A stretch of DNA of 64,000 nt from Gemmatimonadota bacterium (GCA_034521595.1 JAXHMG010000001.1:52857-116856), one strand, 5' to 3'. Counted from the stretch's first letter, positions 1-9,339 are shown. Made by a program: numbers and translations. Notes: generated by a model not told the origin, from the sequence alone.

Positions 1-61
<61 letters not shown>

Positions 62-78
62 AACGACACTCGGAATGA

Positions 79-152
79 TGGGCGCGAGAGGACTCGAACC
101 TCTGACCTCTACGATGTCAACGTAGCGCTCTAACCAACTGAGCTACGCGCCC
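79..152 (-). tRNA. tRNA-Val(GAC)
   Basis: Minus-strand cloverleaf GGGCGCGTAGCTCAGTTGGTTAGAGCGCTACGTTGACATCGTAGAGGTCAGAGGTTCGAGTCCTCTCGCGCCCA. Anticodon loop TTGACAT. No encoded CCA. Confidence 0.9.
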
Positions 153-181
153 GGTCGTACGAACCGAGGATGCTGCTGCTA

Positions 182-255
<74 letters not shown>

Positions 256-271
256 GCGATCGACGATGGAA

Positions 272-355
272 TGCCCACGACAGGACTCGAACCTGTACGC
301 CGTTTCCGGCACTGGTCCCTCAAACCAGCCTGTCTACCAATTCCAGCACGTGGGC
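272..355 (-). tRNA. tRNA-Leu(GAG), class II with long variable arm
   Basis: Minus-strand GCCCACGTGCTGGAATTGGTAGACAGGCTGGTTTGAGGGACCAG, then variable arm TGCCGGAAACGGCGT, then T-arm ACAGGTTCGAGTCCTGT. Anticodon loop TTGAGGG. Confidence 0.9.
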
Positions 356-414
356 AGAAGCCTGCATATCCTTCATAGGCCGACCGGGCCGCCCACCAAC
401 GGACGGCCGGTGCA

Positions 415-498
415 TGCTCGAGGAGGGACTCGAACCCTCACGGGGTTTCCCCCACAGGATCCTGAATCCTGCGCGTCTACCAATTCCGCCACCCGAGC
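415..498 (-). tRNA. tRNA-Leu(CAG), class II with long variable arm
   Basis: Minus-strand GCTCGGGTGGCGGAATTGGTAGACGCGCAGGATTCAGGATCCTG, then variable arm TGGGGGAAACCCCGT, then GAGGGTTCGAGTCCCTC. Anticodon loop TTCAGGA. Confidence 0.9.
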
Positions 499-533
499 GC
501 GGGCCGTCCTGAGCCTGCGAGGCCGTCCGACGA

Positions 534-606
<73 letters not shown>

Positions 607-673
607 TCACGCATCACCTGGTGAAGCCGTCATTCTCGGTGCATCGACGACTTCGCTGTCAAATAACGAGGAG

Positions 674-747
674 CGGGGCTGACGAGACTCGAACTCGCGA
701 CCTCCGGTGTGACAGACCGGCACTCTAACCGACTGAGCTACAGCCCC
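674..747 (-). tRNA. tRNA-Asp(GTC)
   Basis: Minus-strand GGGGCTGTAGCTCAGTCGGTTAGAGTGCCGGTCTGTCACACCGGAGGTCGCGAGTTCGAGTCTCGTCAGCCCCG. Anticodon loop CTGTCAC. Confidence 0.88.
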
Positions 748-802
748 TGATTGTGCTACCCACGGTGCTCGGCACCTTCTCCGTACGGCACCGCGACTTC
801 TA

Positions 803-874
803 TGCCCCGACGGGGAATTGAACCCCGATTACCACCTTGAAAGAGTGGTGTCCTAGCCATTAGACGACCGGGGC
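803..874 (-). tRNA. tRNA-Glu(TTC)
   Basis: Minus-strand GCCCCGGTCGTCTAATGGCTAGGACACCACTCTTTCAAGGTGGTAATCGGGGTTCAATTCCCCGTCGGGGCA. Anticodon loop CTTTCAA. Confidence 0.88.
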
Positions 875-888
875 GTACCTGGCGTTGA

Positions 889-961
889 CAGGCCCGGAGG
901 GACTCGAACCCCCAACCGCCGGTTTTGGAGACCGGTGCTCTACCAATTGAGCTACGGACCT
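889..961 (-). tRNA. tRNA-Trp(CCA)
   Basis: Minus-strand AGGTCCGTAGCTCAATTGGTAGAGCACCGGTCTCCAAAACCGGCGGTTGGGGGTTCGAGTCCCTCCGGGCCTG. Anticodon loop CTCCAAA. Confidence 0.88.
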
Positions 962-999
962 CTAGTCTGTCGTGTCGCCCGGCCCCTGGGTATGGATCA

Positions 1000-1072
1000 T
1001 GGCCAGGGACGGAATCGAACCGCCGACACCACGATTTTCAGTCGTGTGCTCTACCAACTGAGCTACCTGGCC
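1000..1072 (-). tRNA. tRNA-Phe(GAA)
   Basis: Minus-strand GGCCAGGTAGCTCAGTTGGTAGAGCACACGACTGAAAATCGTGGTGTCGGCGGTTCGATTCCGTCCCTGGCCA. Anticodon loop TGAAAAT. Confidence 0.9.
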
Positions 1073-1278
1073 CTCGACATAAAAAACCGCCCGAACCATA
1101 GCGGCGCGGACGGGATGCTTCAGGTAAGGCCGGCGACTTACGCGGCCTGCCCCCCCGCCCGCGCAAGCGGGCTCCACGTATCGGACACCGTCAAGAGCGT
1201 AGACTGCTTCGGCAAGACGCGGGTCTCCATCGTCCTAACGTGGCGAGCGCCGCCCTCCGGACGGCGCTCTTCGAACAA

Positions 1279-1352
<74 letters not shown>

Positions 1353-1365
1353 ACAGGGCTGAGAA

Positions 1366-1393
1366 TCTATACCCTGTCGGCGCAAGCGGTCAA
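1366..1393 (-). promoter_or_regulatory. candidate sigma70-type promoter of tRNA-fMet (TTGACC-N16-TATAGA)
   Basis: The minus strand reads TTGACC (1393-1388), a 16-nt spacer, then TATAGA (1371-1366). The mature tRNA 5' end lies 13 nt downstream. The same architecture recurs at 31501-31474. Confidence 0.5.
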
Positions 1394-1466
1394 CCCACGG
1401 CGGTGCGGCCCCCTCCTCGGGCCGTCGCTGACGGCCACCTCCCAGACTGTGCGGACCGTGTGAGGC

Positions 1467-2771
1467 GTGGTGTCGGAGGTCCGGAAGAGTGCATGTTTGG
1501 AGGGATCTTCCACCGACTTCCACAGGTCACTCGTGCTCGACGCAAACTTCATCGACCCACTGATCGCCCTCGGGCTCGGGCTCCTCGTGGGACTACAGAA
1601 GGAACGGACGTCGTCCCCTCTCGCGGGGCTGAAGACGTTCGGCCTGGCCAGCCTCTTCGGGGCGGTAGCCGCATTGGTCTCGATCGAGGTGGGCGGCTGG
1701 ATTCTCCCCACCGGCCTGATCGCCGTGGTCGGGGTCATGGCCATCGGCAACGCCATTCAGATTCGCGAGCACCGTGCCACGCCCGGACAGACCACGGAGG
1801 TCGCGATCCTGGTCATGTACCTGGTAGGCGCGTTGACCGTCGTAGGCACGACCGCCGTCGCCATCGTCCTCGGGGGAGCCGTCGCCGTCCTCCTGCATCT
1901 CCGGGAGGAGCTCCGGGGATTGGTAACCCGGATGAGCGACCGCGACGTCCGCGCGATCATGCAGTTCGTGCTCGTTTCCCTCGTCATCCTGCCTGTCCTA
2001 CCGGACCGGACGTTCGGTCCGTTCGGGGTCCTGAACCCCTACAACATCTGGTTGATGGTCGTGCTGATCGTCGGGATCAACCTCGCGGGATACGCAGCCT
2101 TCCGATGGCTCAGCAGCCGGAGCGGCACGGCAGTGGCGGGGCTGCTCGGCGGAGTAGTGTCGAGCACGGCCACAGCCTTCGCATACGCCAGGAACGTCCG
2201 CTCGGGCGATCTATCCGCCGGGACCGGGGCAGTGATCATCTGGATGGCCTCGAGCATCGTCTACATCCGCATCCTGATCGAGATCGGAGCGGTCGCGCCA
2301 AGGTTCCTACCGACCGCTGTGGGCCCGATGCTCGTGATGCTCGGCATGTTCGCGGCCATCACCGCTCTCACTTGGAACAAGGTGGCGGACGCCGGAGCCA
2401 ACCCACTCGAGCTCAAGAACCCGACGCACATGAACGCGGCCATCGTCTTCGCCGCACTCTATGCCGGGGTCCTGCTGGCCGTCGCCGCCGCCGAAAGGTA
2501 CCTGGGCGACGCCGGACTCTACGCTACGGCCGTGCTCTCCGGACTCACGAACATCGACGCCATCACCCTCTCGACTGCACGCCTGGTCGCATCGGAGCGC
2601 GTGGACGAATCCGTCGGCTGGAGGCTCATCGTCGCGGCGAGCCTCTCGAACATGGTGTTCAAGCTGGGGATCGCACGGGTCCTCGGCGGTCGTGCGCTGG
2701 GGCGGAAGCTCGGTGGCTTGACCGCCATCGGAGTCGCGGCCGGCCTTGCCCTCATCCTACTCTGGCGGTGA
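1467..2771 (+). CDS. MgtC-family/DUF4010 integral membrane protein (start uncertain, possibly the GTG near 1532)
   Basis: 434-aa ORF, polytopic and hydrophobic throughout. The N-terminal block DPLIALGLGLLVGLQKERTSSPLAGLKTFGL is typical of MgtC_N+DUF4010 proteins. Confidence 0.7.
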   Translation: MVSEVRKSACLEGSSTDFHRSLVLDANFIDPLIALGLGLLVGLQKERTSSPLAGLKTFGLASLFGAVAALVSIEVGGWILPTGLIAVVGVMAIGNAIQIREHRATPGQTTEVAILVMYLVGALTVVGTTAVAIVLGGAVAVLLHLREELRGLVTRMSDRDVRAIMQFVLVSLVILPVLPDRTFGPFGVLNPYNIWLMVVLIVGINLAGYAAFRWLSSRSGTAVAGLLGGVVSSTATAFAYARNVRSGDLSAGTGAVIIWMASSIVYIRILIEIGAVAPRFLPTAVGPMLVMLGMFAAITALTWNKVADAGANPLELKNPTHMNAAIVFAALYAGVLLAVAAAERYLGDAGLYATAVLSGLTNIDAITLSTARLVASERVDESVGWRLIVAASLSNMVFKLGIARVLGGRALGRKLGGLTAIGVAAGLALILLWR

Positions 2772-2907
2772 CTCGCGGCGCCCGCCGAGGGCGTGACCAG
2801 GCGCGACCCGTTGCGCGCGGTGCGGGGACGAGCCACGCTTTCAGGGGCCGGGCGGACGAGCCCGAGCCAGACGAGCAACGAGCTGAAGATAGTGGAGGAT
2901 CCATACC

Positions 2908-3252
2908 ATGACCGACCTCGCCGAACGACATTGTGAAGCGTGCAAACCCGATTCCCCGACGGTGAGCCCCGAGGAGCGTGAAGAATTTCACGCTCAGGTG
3001 CCGGACTGGGACATCGTGGAGATCGGCGGCGTCCCGCAGCTGCAACGTGCGTTCACGGTCCCCGACTTCGCGGAAGCCCTGGCCCTGTCCGATGAAGTCG
3101 GCGCCTTGGCGGAGGAAGAAGGCCACCATCCGGCCATCCTCACGGAATACGGGAAGGTCACCGTGCGGTGGTGGACGCACACCATCGGCGGGCTGCACAA
3201 GAACGACTTCATCATGGCGGCCAAGACCGACGAGCTCTTCGAGGATCTGTAA
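2908..3252 (+). CDS. 4a-hydroxytetrahydrobiopterin (pterin-4a-carbinolamine) dehydratase
   Basis: 114 aa with the PCD-family core [48 protein letters not shown] Shine-Dalgarno sequence upstream. Confidence 0.85.
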   Translation: MTDLAERHCEACKPDSPTVSPEEREEFHAQVPDWDIVEIGGVPQLQRAFTVPDFAEALALSDEVGALAEEEGHHPAILTEYGKVTVRWWTHTIGGLHKNDFIMAAKTDELFEDL

Positions 3253-3314
3253 GCGGACGTCACCGGCCGGGTCCGAAACAGGCAACCCGGAGGCTCCCTA
3301 CCACCGACATCGGG

Positions 3315-4616
3315 TCAAGATCGCGGACGAAGCTCGCTGACGACCTGGATGCCGCGAGCTACTTCGGGGATCACGCCCCTCTGCTCGTAAACCGGTAGCA
3401 CCTGGGCCCGCAGCGCTCCGATCCGGCGCACGAACCAGGCCGCGAAGACCAGACAACCCATCCCACCCAAGGCCACGGCCGCCGGTGCTCCGATCCGACT
3501 CGCTATCGCTCCGCCCCCCAGGCTCCCGATCGGCATCATCCCCATGAACGCCATCGTGTAGAGACTCATCACGCGACCGCGCATCTCCTCGCCGACCAGC
3601 GTCTGGACGACCGTGTTGATCGAAGCGGTCGTGAGCATCAGGCCAAAGCCACCCAGGGCGAGCATCGCACAAGAGAGGAGCAGGCTGCGGGACACCGAAA
3701 AGACCAGAAGCGTGGTTCCGAACAGCGCCAGAGCCCCCGCGATGACCCGCCCGAGTCCCATCACCGTATCCCTCGAGGCGAGGTAGAGCGCGCCGGCCAG
3801 AGCGCCGGCACCCGACGACGCCGTCAGCAACCCGAGGGTGGTCGCATCCCCGTCGAGGATATCTCGGGCGAAGACGGGGAAGAGCACGACGTAGGGGATC
3901 CCCAGAAGCGATACACCCGCCAGCACGACGAGGAGGTCGCGGATGGGCGCGAAGCCGAACGCGTAACCGAATCCCTCCCGGATGTTCTGAAGCAGGGCGC
4001 CGGCTCGCAGTCCTCGCTCAGCCGGTAGGCGCATCATGGCGAGGGCACCGAGGATCCCCACGAAGCTGACGGCGTTGAGCACGAAGACCGGCCCCTCGCC
4101 CCACCACCCGATGAGGATCCCGCCGAGCGCGGGTCCAATCAGCCGAGCCGCGTTGAACATCGAGGAGTTGAGGGCGATCGCGTTAGGAAGATCCGCCTGA
4201 CCCTCCACCAGCTTCACCAGAAGCGCCTGCCGAGCCGGTATATCAACGCCGTTGATGACGCCCACCACGACCGCCAGCACCACAAGGTGCCAGACCTGCA
4301 CCAGCCCGCCAATAACGAGCGCCGCCAGAACCACGGCCTGTACCATGGCCAAGGTCTGAGCCACGGCGACCATCCGATAGCGGCTCCACCGGTCCGCGAG
4401 CGCTCCGGCGAACGGGGCCATCAAGAGCGAGGGGAATTGGCTCGAAAACCCGATCACCCCGAGCAGGAACGCGGAATCGGTGAGCCGATAAACGAGCCAA
4501 CTCATCGCGACCTGTTGCATCCAGGTGCCGACGAGCGAGATACCCTGGCCCACGAAGAACAGCCGCAGATTGCGGTGGCGGAGCGCCCTCAGCGCCAAAC
4601 GGATACGATTCGACAC
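3315..4616 (-). CDS. MFS transporter (MFS_3/EntS-like family)
   Basis: 433 aa with about 12 predicted TM segments. N-terminus LRHRNLRLFFVGQGISLVGTWMQQVAMSWLVYRLT and the LADRWSRYRM loop motif are typical of this MFS subfamily. Confidence 0.8.
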   Translation of the reverse strand: MSNRIRLALRALRHRNLRLFFVGQGISLVGTWMQQVAMSWLVYRLTDSAFLLGVIGFSSQFPSLLMAPFAGALADRWSRYRMVAVAQTLAMVQAVVLAALVIGGLVQVWHLVVLAVVVGVINGVDIPARQALLVKLVEGQADLPNAIALNSSMFNAARLIGPALGGILIGWWGEGPVFVLNAVSFVGILGALAMMRLPAERGLRAGALLQNIREGFGYAFGFAPIRDLLVVLAGVSLLGIPYVVLFPVFARDILDGDATTLGLLTASSGAGALAGALYLASRDTVMGLGRVIAGALALFGTTLLVFSVSRSLLLSCAMLALGGFGLMLTTASINTVVQTLVGEEMRGRVMSLYTMAFMGMMPIGSLGGGAIASRIGAPAAVALGGMGCLVFAAWFVRRIGALRAQVLPVYEQRGVIPEVARGIQVVSELRPRS

Positions 4617-4678
4617 GTCCGACGCTAACGGGTCGGGGGATGAGAAGGGAGTGGAGGGTGTGATGCCCCCTCCCTCTG

Positions 4679-4828
4679 ACGCTCGAGCCCGACGCCGGCG
4701 GCACCCGCTCCGTCGCGCGAGCCATGCACCCGGATGAGGACGGGCGCAAACAGCACGAGGAGATGGGCTTCCTCGAAGGATGGGGCACGTGCCTGGACCA
4801 ACTCGTCGAAATGGTCAGGCGGTGGTGA
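4679..4828 (+). pseudogene. possible C-terminal remnant of an SRPBCC/Aha1-like gene
   Basis: The frame reads LEPDAGGTRSVARAMHPDEDGRKQHEEMGFLEGWGTCLDQLVEMVRRW*. This resembles the C-terminal ...EPdggGTrl...GW...LdrL ending of Aha1-like SRPBCC proteins. No room for the N-terminal ~90 aa, because the MFS gene starts at 4616. Confidence 0.3.
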
Positions 4829-4884
4829 CATCGGCCGCCCAGGCGCTTCCCGCCACCGCCCCGAGTCTATAGTTTCACCGTCCA

Positions 4885-4958
4885 CGGGACGTGGCGCAGT
4901 CCGGTAGCGCACTGCAATGGGGTTGCAGGGGTCGCCGGTTCGAATCCGGCCGTCCCGA
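4885..4958 (+). tRNA. tRNA-Pro(GGG)
   Basis: CGGGACGTGGCGCAGTCCGGTAGCGCACTGCAATGGGGTTGCAGGGGTCGCCGGTTCGAATCCGGCCGTCCCGA. Anticodon loop ATGGGGT. A TATAGT -10-like hexamer lies at 4868-4873. Confidence 0.9.
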
Positions 4959-5880
4959 TGGAGGCCTCACAACCAGACGGTTGTGAGGCCTCTTTTGTTT
5001 TCGGCCTCCATCGGGGCGGCCGGATTCGTGGACTCGCCAACAGGCGAGGACACGGCGCGACCCACGTCGCGCCAGAACCGTAGGTTCGAGACGAGCGGCC
5101 ACATCAGTCGCTCCCGACCCACAAGCCCCACCGCGAGTCGAGCGAAGGGCGGGCGCGCCCCCGGCGCGCTCGACCGTAGCTCCATCCGGCCGTCCCGATG
5201 GAGGCCTCACAAGCCGACCGACAGGCTCTTCGCTCTCGGCCTCCATCGGGACGGCCGGACGGATCCCTTGGTCGTCGATCGCCGGGAAGCACATGGGCCG
5301 ACGACAGCTCGCGCTGTCGCGGAACGACCTCATCCGGCCGGCCGGATTCGTGGACTCGCCGACCGGCGAGGACACGGCGCGACCCACGTCGCGCCAGAAC
5401 CGTAGGTTCGAGACGAGCGGCCAACAACGGTCGCCTCCCGACCCGACAAGCTCCACCGCGAGTCGAGCGAAGGGCGGGCGCGCCCCCGGCGCGCTCGACC
5501 GTAGCTCAATCCGGCCGTCCCATGGAGGCCTCACAACCAGACGGTTGTGAGGCCTCTTCTGTTTTCGGCCTCCATCGGGACGGCCGGATGGACTCCCTCT
5601 GGTCGTCGATCCGCCGGGGAAGCACATGGGCCGACGACAGCTCGCGCTGTCGCGGAACGACCTTATCCGGCCGGCCGGATTCGCAGACTCGCCAACAGGC
5701 GAGGATGCGTGGGGCGACAACGTCGTCCCACCGAACCGTAGGTTCGAGACGAGCGGCCAACATCGGTCCCTCTCGACCCGCAAGCCCCACCGCGAGTCGA
5801 GCGAAGGGCGGGCGCGCCCCCAGCGCGCTCGACCGTAGCTCCATCCGGCCGTCCCGATCGAGGCCTCACAACCAGACGGT
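4944..5880. repeat. tandem array (units of 240, 325 and 334 bp plus a partial fourth) reiterating the tRNA-Pro 3' end and terminator module
   Basis: ATCCGGCCGTCCCGATGGAGGCCTCACAA recurs at 4944, 5184, 5509 (1-nt deletion) and 5843 (1 mismatch). Each full unit also carries the inverted copy GGCCTCCATCGGG(A/G)CGGCCGGA and a ~165-bp GC-rich body about 90% identical between units. Confidence 0.9.
4961..5001 (+). terminator. intrinsic terminator of tRNA-Pro
   Basis: 14-bp perfect stem GAGGCCTCACAACC / GGTTGTGAGGCCTC, loop AGAC, followed by TTTTGTTTT. Confidence 0.85.
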
Positions 5881-6011
5881 CGACGCACACCCGTCCGCAC
5901 GATAGCGTGTGAAGAAGCACCGACTTTTCCCCACCACACCGCGAGCCGACCCTGACTCTCCGCGACGTCTCCTTCCCGCCGAAAGACGAACCCCTCCGCC
6001 GTGATGTCGGC

Positions 6012-8672
6012 TTGCTCGGAGACATCGTGGGAAGGGTGATCCGGGAACAGGGAGGAGAGGAGCTCTTCCGGCGCGTCGAGCGCGCACGGCATGCCGCCAT
6101 CCGCCGACGTGAGGGGGCGTCCGACGCAACGCACGAGGTCGAGCAGGCCCTGGCGGGGCTCGACGCCGAGCAAGCGGAGGAAGTCGTGCGTGCGTACTCC
6201 ATGTACTTTCAGGTCGTGAACCTAGCCGAGCGGGTGCACCGGATTCGCAGGGGCCGGGCCTGGATGCGGGAAGGAGAGGAGCCGCAACCGGGATCGCTCG
6301 CGGACACCGTGGAGCGGCTCCGCAAACGCGGCCTCGATCAGGAGCGGATGCGGTCGCTCTTCTCCTCCGCACGGGTCGAGCCGGTCTTCACCGCCCACCC
6401 CACCGAGTCCACGCGCCGGATCATCCTGGAGAAGCAGGACCGGATCGCGGCCGAGCTGATCGGTCGGCTCAACCCCGAGCGCACGCCACGCGAGGAAGCG
6501 GTCGCGACCGCGACCATCCGTGAGAACGTCACGGCCGCATGGCAGACGGAGGAGCATCCATCGGCTCGACCCACGGTGGCCGACGAGCGGGAGCATGTCC
6601 TCTACTACGTGACGCGCACCCTTTACCGAGTCCTCCCCGCGCTGCACGAGACGCTGGACGAGGCGCTCGAGCACCCGGAGCAGACCTCGACCGGCGACCT
6701 TCCGCCCCTCATTCGGCCGGGATCCTGGGTCGGGGGCGATATGGACGGAAACCCGAACGTCGATGCGAACACGGTCCGCGAGACGCTCCGCCGCCACCGG
6801 GACCTGACGCTGGAGGCGTACGAGCGAGAGGTCGGCGAGCTCGCCCGGAACCTGACGCAGTCGGCGTCGCGCGTGTCATGGAATCGGGAGATCTCCGTGC
6901 TCGGGGATCGCTACGGTGGATGGTTTCCGGAGACCGACCGCGCCATCCCCGAGCGTCATCGCAGCATGGGCTACAGGGTTCTCCTGGAGCTCATCGGGGC
7001 ACGCCTCGCCGCGACCCGTGCCGACTCCGAGCACGGGTACGCCGGCCCCGAGGAGCTGCTCGACGACATCAACGCGATCGCCAAGAGCCTCGTAGAGCAC
7101 GACGGTACGCATGCCGGACTCTTCGGTGTCCGCCGACTGTTGCGGCGCATCCGGACGTTCGGTTTCCACATGGCCGCCCTGGACGTGCGTCAGGACGCCC
7201 GCGCCTTGCGTGAGGTCGCCGCGGAGCTCTTCGACGACCCGGCATGGCCCGAACGCCCCTCCGAGGAACGGATCGAGCGGCTCCACGAAGCGCTCTCGAG
7301 CATGGAGCAGGGAGACGCGCGGACAGGGCGGGAAGGACTCAGCGATGCGGCGCTCGACACGCTCGACGTCTTTCGGGCGATCTCTGAAGGACGCGGGGCG
7401 TACGGGGCGGATGCGATCGGTTCCTACATCATCTCGATGGCGGAGGATGTCGACGACGTGCTCACGGTCGCCTGGCTGGCCACGCTCGGAGGCCTCGGTA
7501 CCACCGACGACCTGCCCCTCGACATCGCTCCGCTCTTCGAAACCGTCTCCGACCTCGAGCGTGCGGAAGAGGTCCTCGAAGCGCTGTTCACGGACCCCTT
7601 CCTGGGGCCACACGTATCTCGGCGCGGAAGCCGCCAGATCGTGATGGTCGGGTACTCCGACTCCAACAAGGACGGAGGCATCGCCTCGGCACGGTGGGCT
7701 CTGCAGCGAGCCCTCGAGGGCATGGCCCGAGCGGCCACCCGACAGGACGTAACACTCACGGTGTTCCATGGACGCGGGGGTACGGTTTCTCGGGGGGGCG
7801 GCTCCGTGCACCGGGCCGTCGCGGCCATGCCGGCCGGATCGATCGGAGGTCGGCTGCGCCTGACCGAGCAGGGCGAAGTCATCGACGCGAAATACGGCCT
7901 GCCCCAGATCGCGCTCCGTAATCTGGAGCGGATGCTCGGGTCCATCGTGCTTCGCGCGGCGGACCGCGGCGAGGACGAGGCTCCGCCACGGTGGCGGAGC
8001 CTCGCGGACACGGTGGCCGGGGCGGCACGCACCGCCTATCGGTCGCTCGTTTACGAAGACCCGCGTTTCACCGCGTACTTCCGTTCCGGAACCCCCATCG
8101 ACGTGATCGAGCGAATGTCCATCGGGTCACGCCCACCGTCCCGGCGGTCGGGCGCGGGTGTCGAGGACCTCCGCGCGATCCCCTGGGTGTTCTCGTGGAC
8201 CCAATGCCGGGCGATGATGACGGGCTGGTACGGGCTGGGAACCGGGTTGGAAGCGGCCCGGGCCGAGCACGGCCTCGGCCTCCTGCAGGAAGCCGCCGAG
8301 GGCTGGCCCTTCTTCGACACCCTCCTGGCCGATGTCGAGATGGTGCTGGCCAAGGCCGACCTCGAGATCGCCGGGATGTACCGGGCCTTGGCCCCGGCCC
8401 AAGCCCACGCGGTCTACGACCGGATCCGCGACGAGTTCGATCGGACGGTCTCAGCGGTGCTCGAAATCCGGCAAAGCTCCGCCCTCCTCGATGACGATCC
8501 CACGCTTCAGCGTTCGATCCGCTTGCGAAACCCCTACGTCGACCCGATGAACATGCTCCAAGTCGACCTACTGCGCCGGTGGCGGCACGACGAGCGGCCG
8601 GACGGCGCTCTCCTCGACGCCCTGCTCGCGACGGTGAACGGGATCGCACGGGGGCTGCAGAACACGGGGTGA
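6012..8672 (+). CDS. ppc: phosphoenolpyruvate carboxylase (true start probably upstream, see findings)
   Basis: 886 aa with PEPC signatures VFTAHPTE, GYSDSNKDGG, FHGRGGTVSRGGG and the C-terminal NTG. Confidence 0.95.
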   Translation: MLGDIVGRVIREQGGEELFRRVERARHAAIRRREGASDATHEVEQALAGLDAEQAEEVVRAYSMYFQVVNLAERVHRIRRGRAWMREGEEPQPGSLADTVERLRKRGLDQERMRSLFSSARVEPVFTAHPTESTRRIILEKQDRIAAELIGRLNPERTPREEAVATATIRENVTAAWQTEEHPSARPTVADEREHVLYYVTRTLYRVLPALHETLDEALEHPEQTSTGDLPPLIRPGSWVGGDMDGNPNVDANTVRETLRRHRDLTLEAYEREVGELARNLTQSASRVSWNREISVLGDRYGGWFPETDRAIPERHRSMGYRVLLELIGARLAATRADSEHGYAGPEELLDDINAIAKSLVEHDGTHAGLFGVRRLLRRIRTFGFHMAALDVRQDARALREVAAELFDDPAWPERPSEERIERLHEALSSMEQGDARTGREGLSDAALDTLDVFRAISEGRGAYGADAIGSYIISMAEDVDDVLTVAWLATLGGLGTTDDLPLDIAPLFETVSDLERAEEVLEALFTDPFLGPHVSRRGSRQIVMVGYSDSNKDGGIASARWALQRALEGMARAATRQDVTLTVFHGRGGTVSRGGGSVHRAVAAMPAGSIGGRLRLTEQGEVIDAKYGLPQIALRNLERMLGSIVLRAADRGEDEAPPRWRSLADTVAGAARTAYRSLVYEDPRFTAYFRSGTPIDVIERMSIGSRPPSRRSGAGVEDLRAIPWVFSWTQCRAMMTGWYGLGTGLEAARAEHGLGLLQEAAEGWPFFDTLLADVEMVLAKADLEIAGMYRALAPAQAHAVYDRIRDEFDRTVSAVLEIRQSSALLDDDPTLQRSIRLRNPYVDPMNMLQVDLLRRWRHDERPDGALLDALLATVNGIARGLQNTG

Positions 8673-8712
8673 GCGGATCGCGACCGCCAGGTCCATCGCG
8701 CCACCCACCTCC

Positions 8713-9339
8713 CTACTTCTTCCGCGCCACGTACTCGCGCGCCCCGGCACGCAGGGAAAACGCGTGCGTGACCGTGAACGGCCTCAGGAGTCGCTCGACC
8801 TCGGCCGGCAGAAGCTCGGGAGCCGCCGGCTCCGGGTCACCGACCGGCTCCCGAGCGATTCGGTCGTGCGAGACCAACATCGATCGCACGGGCTGGCGCG
8901 TCGTGCCGTCCGAGGCATCCACCGAGGCGTAGAGTCGTGCACCGGGCCCCGTGATGTCCACGATCCGGGCGACCAGGGAGGCTCGCTCTTCCGGATTCAA
9001 CCGGTCCAAGACGTCCCACGCCAGGACCACGTCGTACGGATGCCCGGGATGTGCGACGAGCACCTCCGGGTCGAACCCGGCGCGGGATCCTTCGTCCGTG
9101 CCGGGCACCAGCCCGACGAAACGGACGACCCCGGCGTACGGCGTGAGCATCTCGAGCTGCCGCCGGCTTCCCTCCCCGAGGTCCAGGATCGAGTGGCCAC
9201 CGTCGTCCCGCAGCCCTTCGAAGAGGGCCCCCAACCCCGGGGACGCCCGCTCGGAGGCTCGGGATTCGGGCGCGTCGGCCGTCTCCGACTCCTCCGACGG
9301 GACCGCCCCCCCGGACCGGATCCGGTCGAGCCATCGCAC
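8713..9339 (-). CDS. hypothetical protein, weakly class-I methyltransferase-like
   Basis: 208-aa ORF with coding-like composition. It has an ILDLGEG motif-I-like element and later VVLAWDVLDRL. Its GTG start overlaps the bactofilin stop by 1 nt. Confidence 0.55.
   Translation of the reverse strand: MRWLDRIRSGGAVPSEESETADAPESRASERASPGLGALFEGLRDDGGHSILDLGEGSRRQLEMLTPYAGVVRFVGLVPGTDEGSRAGFDPEVLVAHPGHPYDVVLAWDVLDRLNPEERASLVARIVDITGPGARLYASVDASDGTTRQPVRSMLVSHDRIAREPVGDPEPAAPELLPAEVERLLRPFTVTHAFSLRAGAREYVARKK

Noticed and set aside
1243-1270. Hairpin GAGCGCCG-N9-CGGCGCTC just downstream of tRNA-fMet, as a terminator splitting the tRNA array
   Set aside because: There is no U-tract on the transcribed (minus) strand, and the stem is only 8 bp. 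I could not find a convincing independent promoter for tRNA-Phe in 1073-1278, so co-transcription remains possible.
4944-5880. Possibility that the repeat array is a CRISPR locus
   Set aside because: The units are 240-334 bp and homologous along their whole length. There are no short repeats alternating with unique spacers, and no cas genes are in the window.
4885-6011. Integrated prophage or genomic island at tRNA-Pro
   Set aside because: Repeated att-like copies of the tRNA 3' end are present. However, there is no integrase, excisionase or cargo gene between them, and ppc follows immediately. At most these are scars.
4875-6173. 432-aa minus-strand ORF across tRNA-Pro, the tandem repeat array and the ppc 5' end
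   Set aside because: Its length is an artefact of stop-poor GC-rich repeats. The translation is itself repetitive Arg/Pro/Gly-rich sequence with no family resemblance, and it overlaps a tRNA and ppc.
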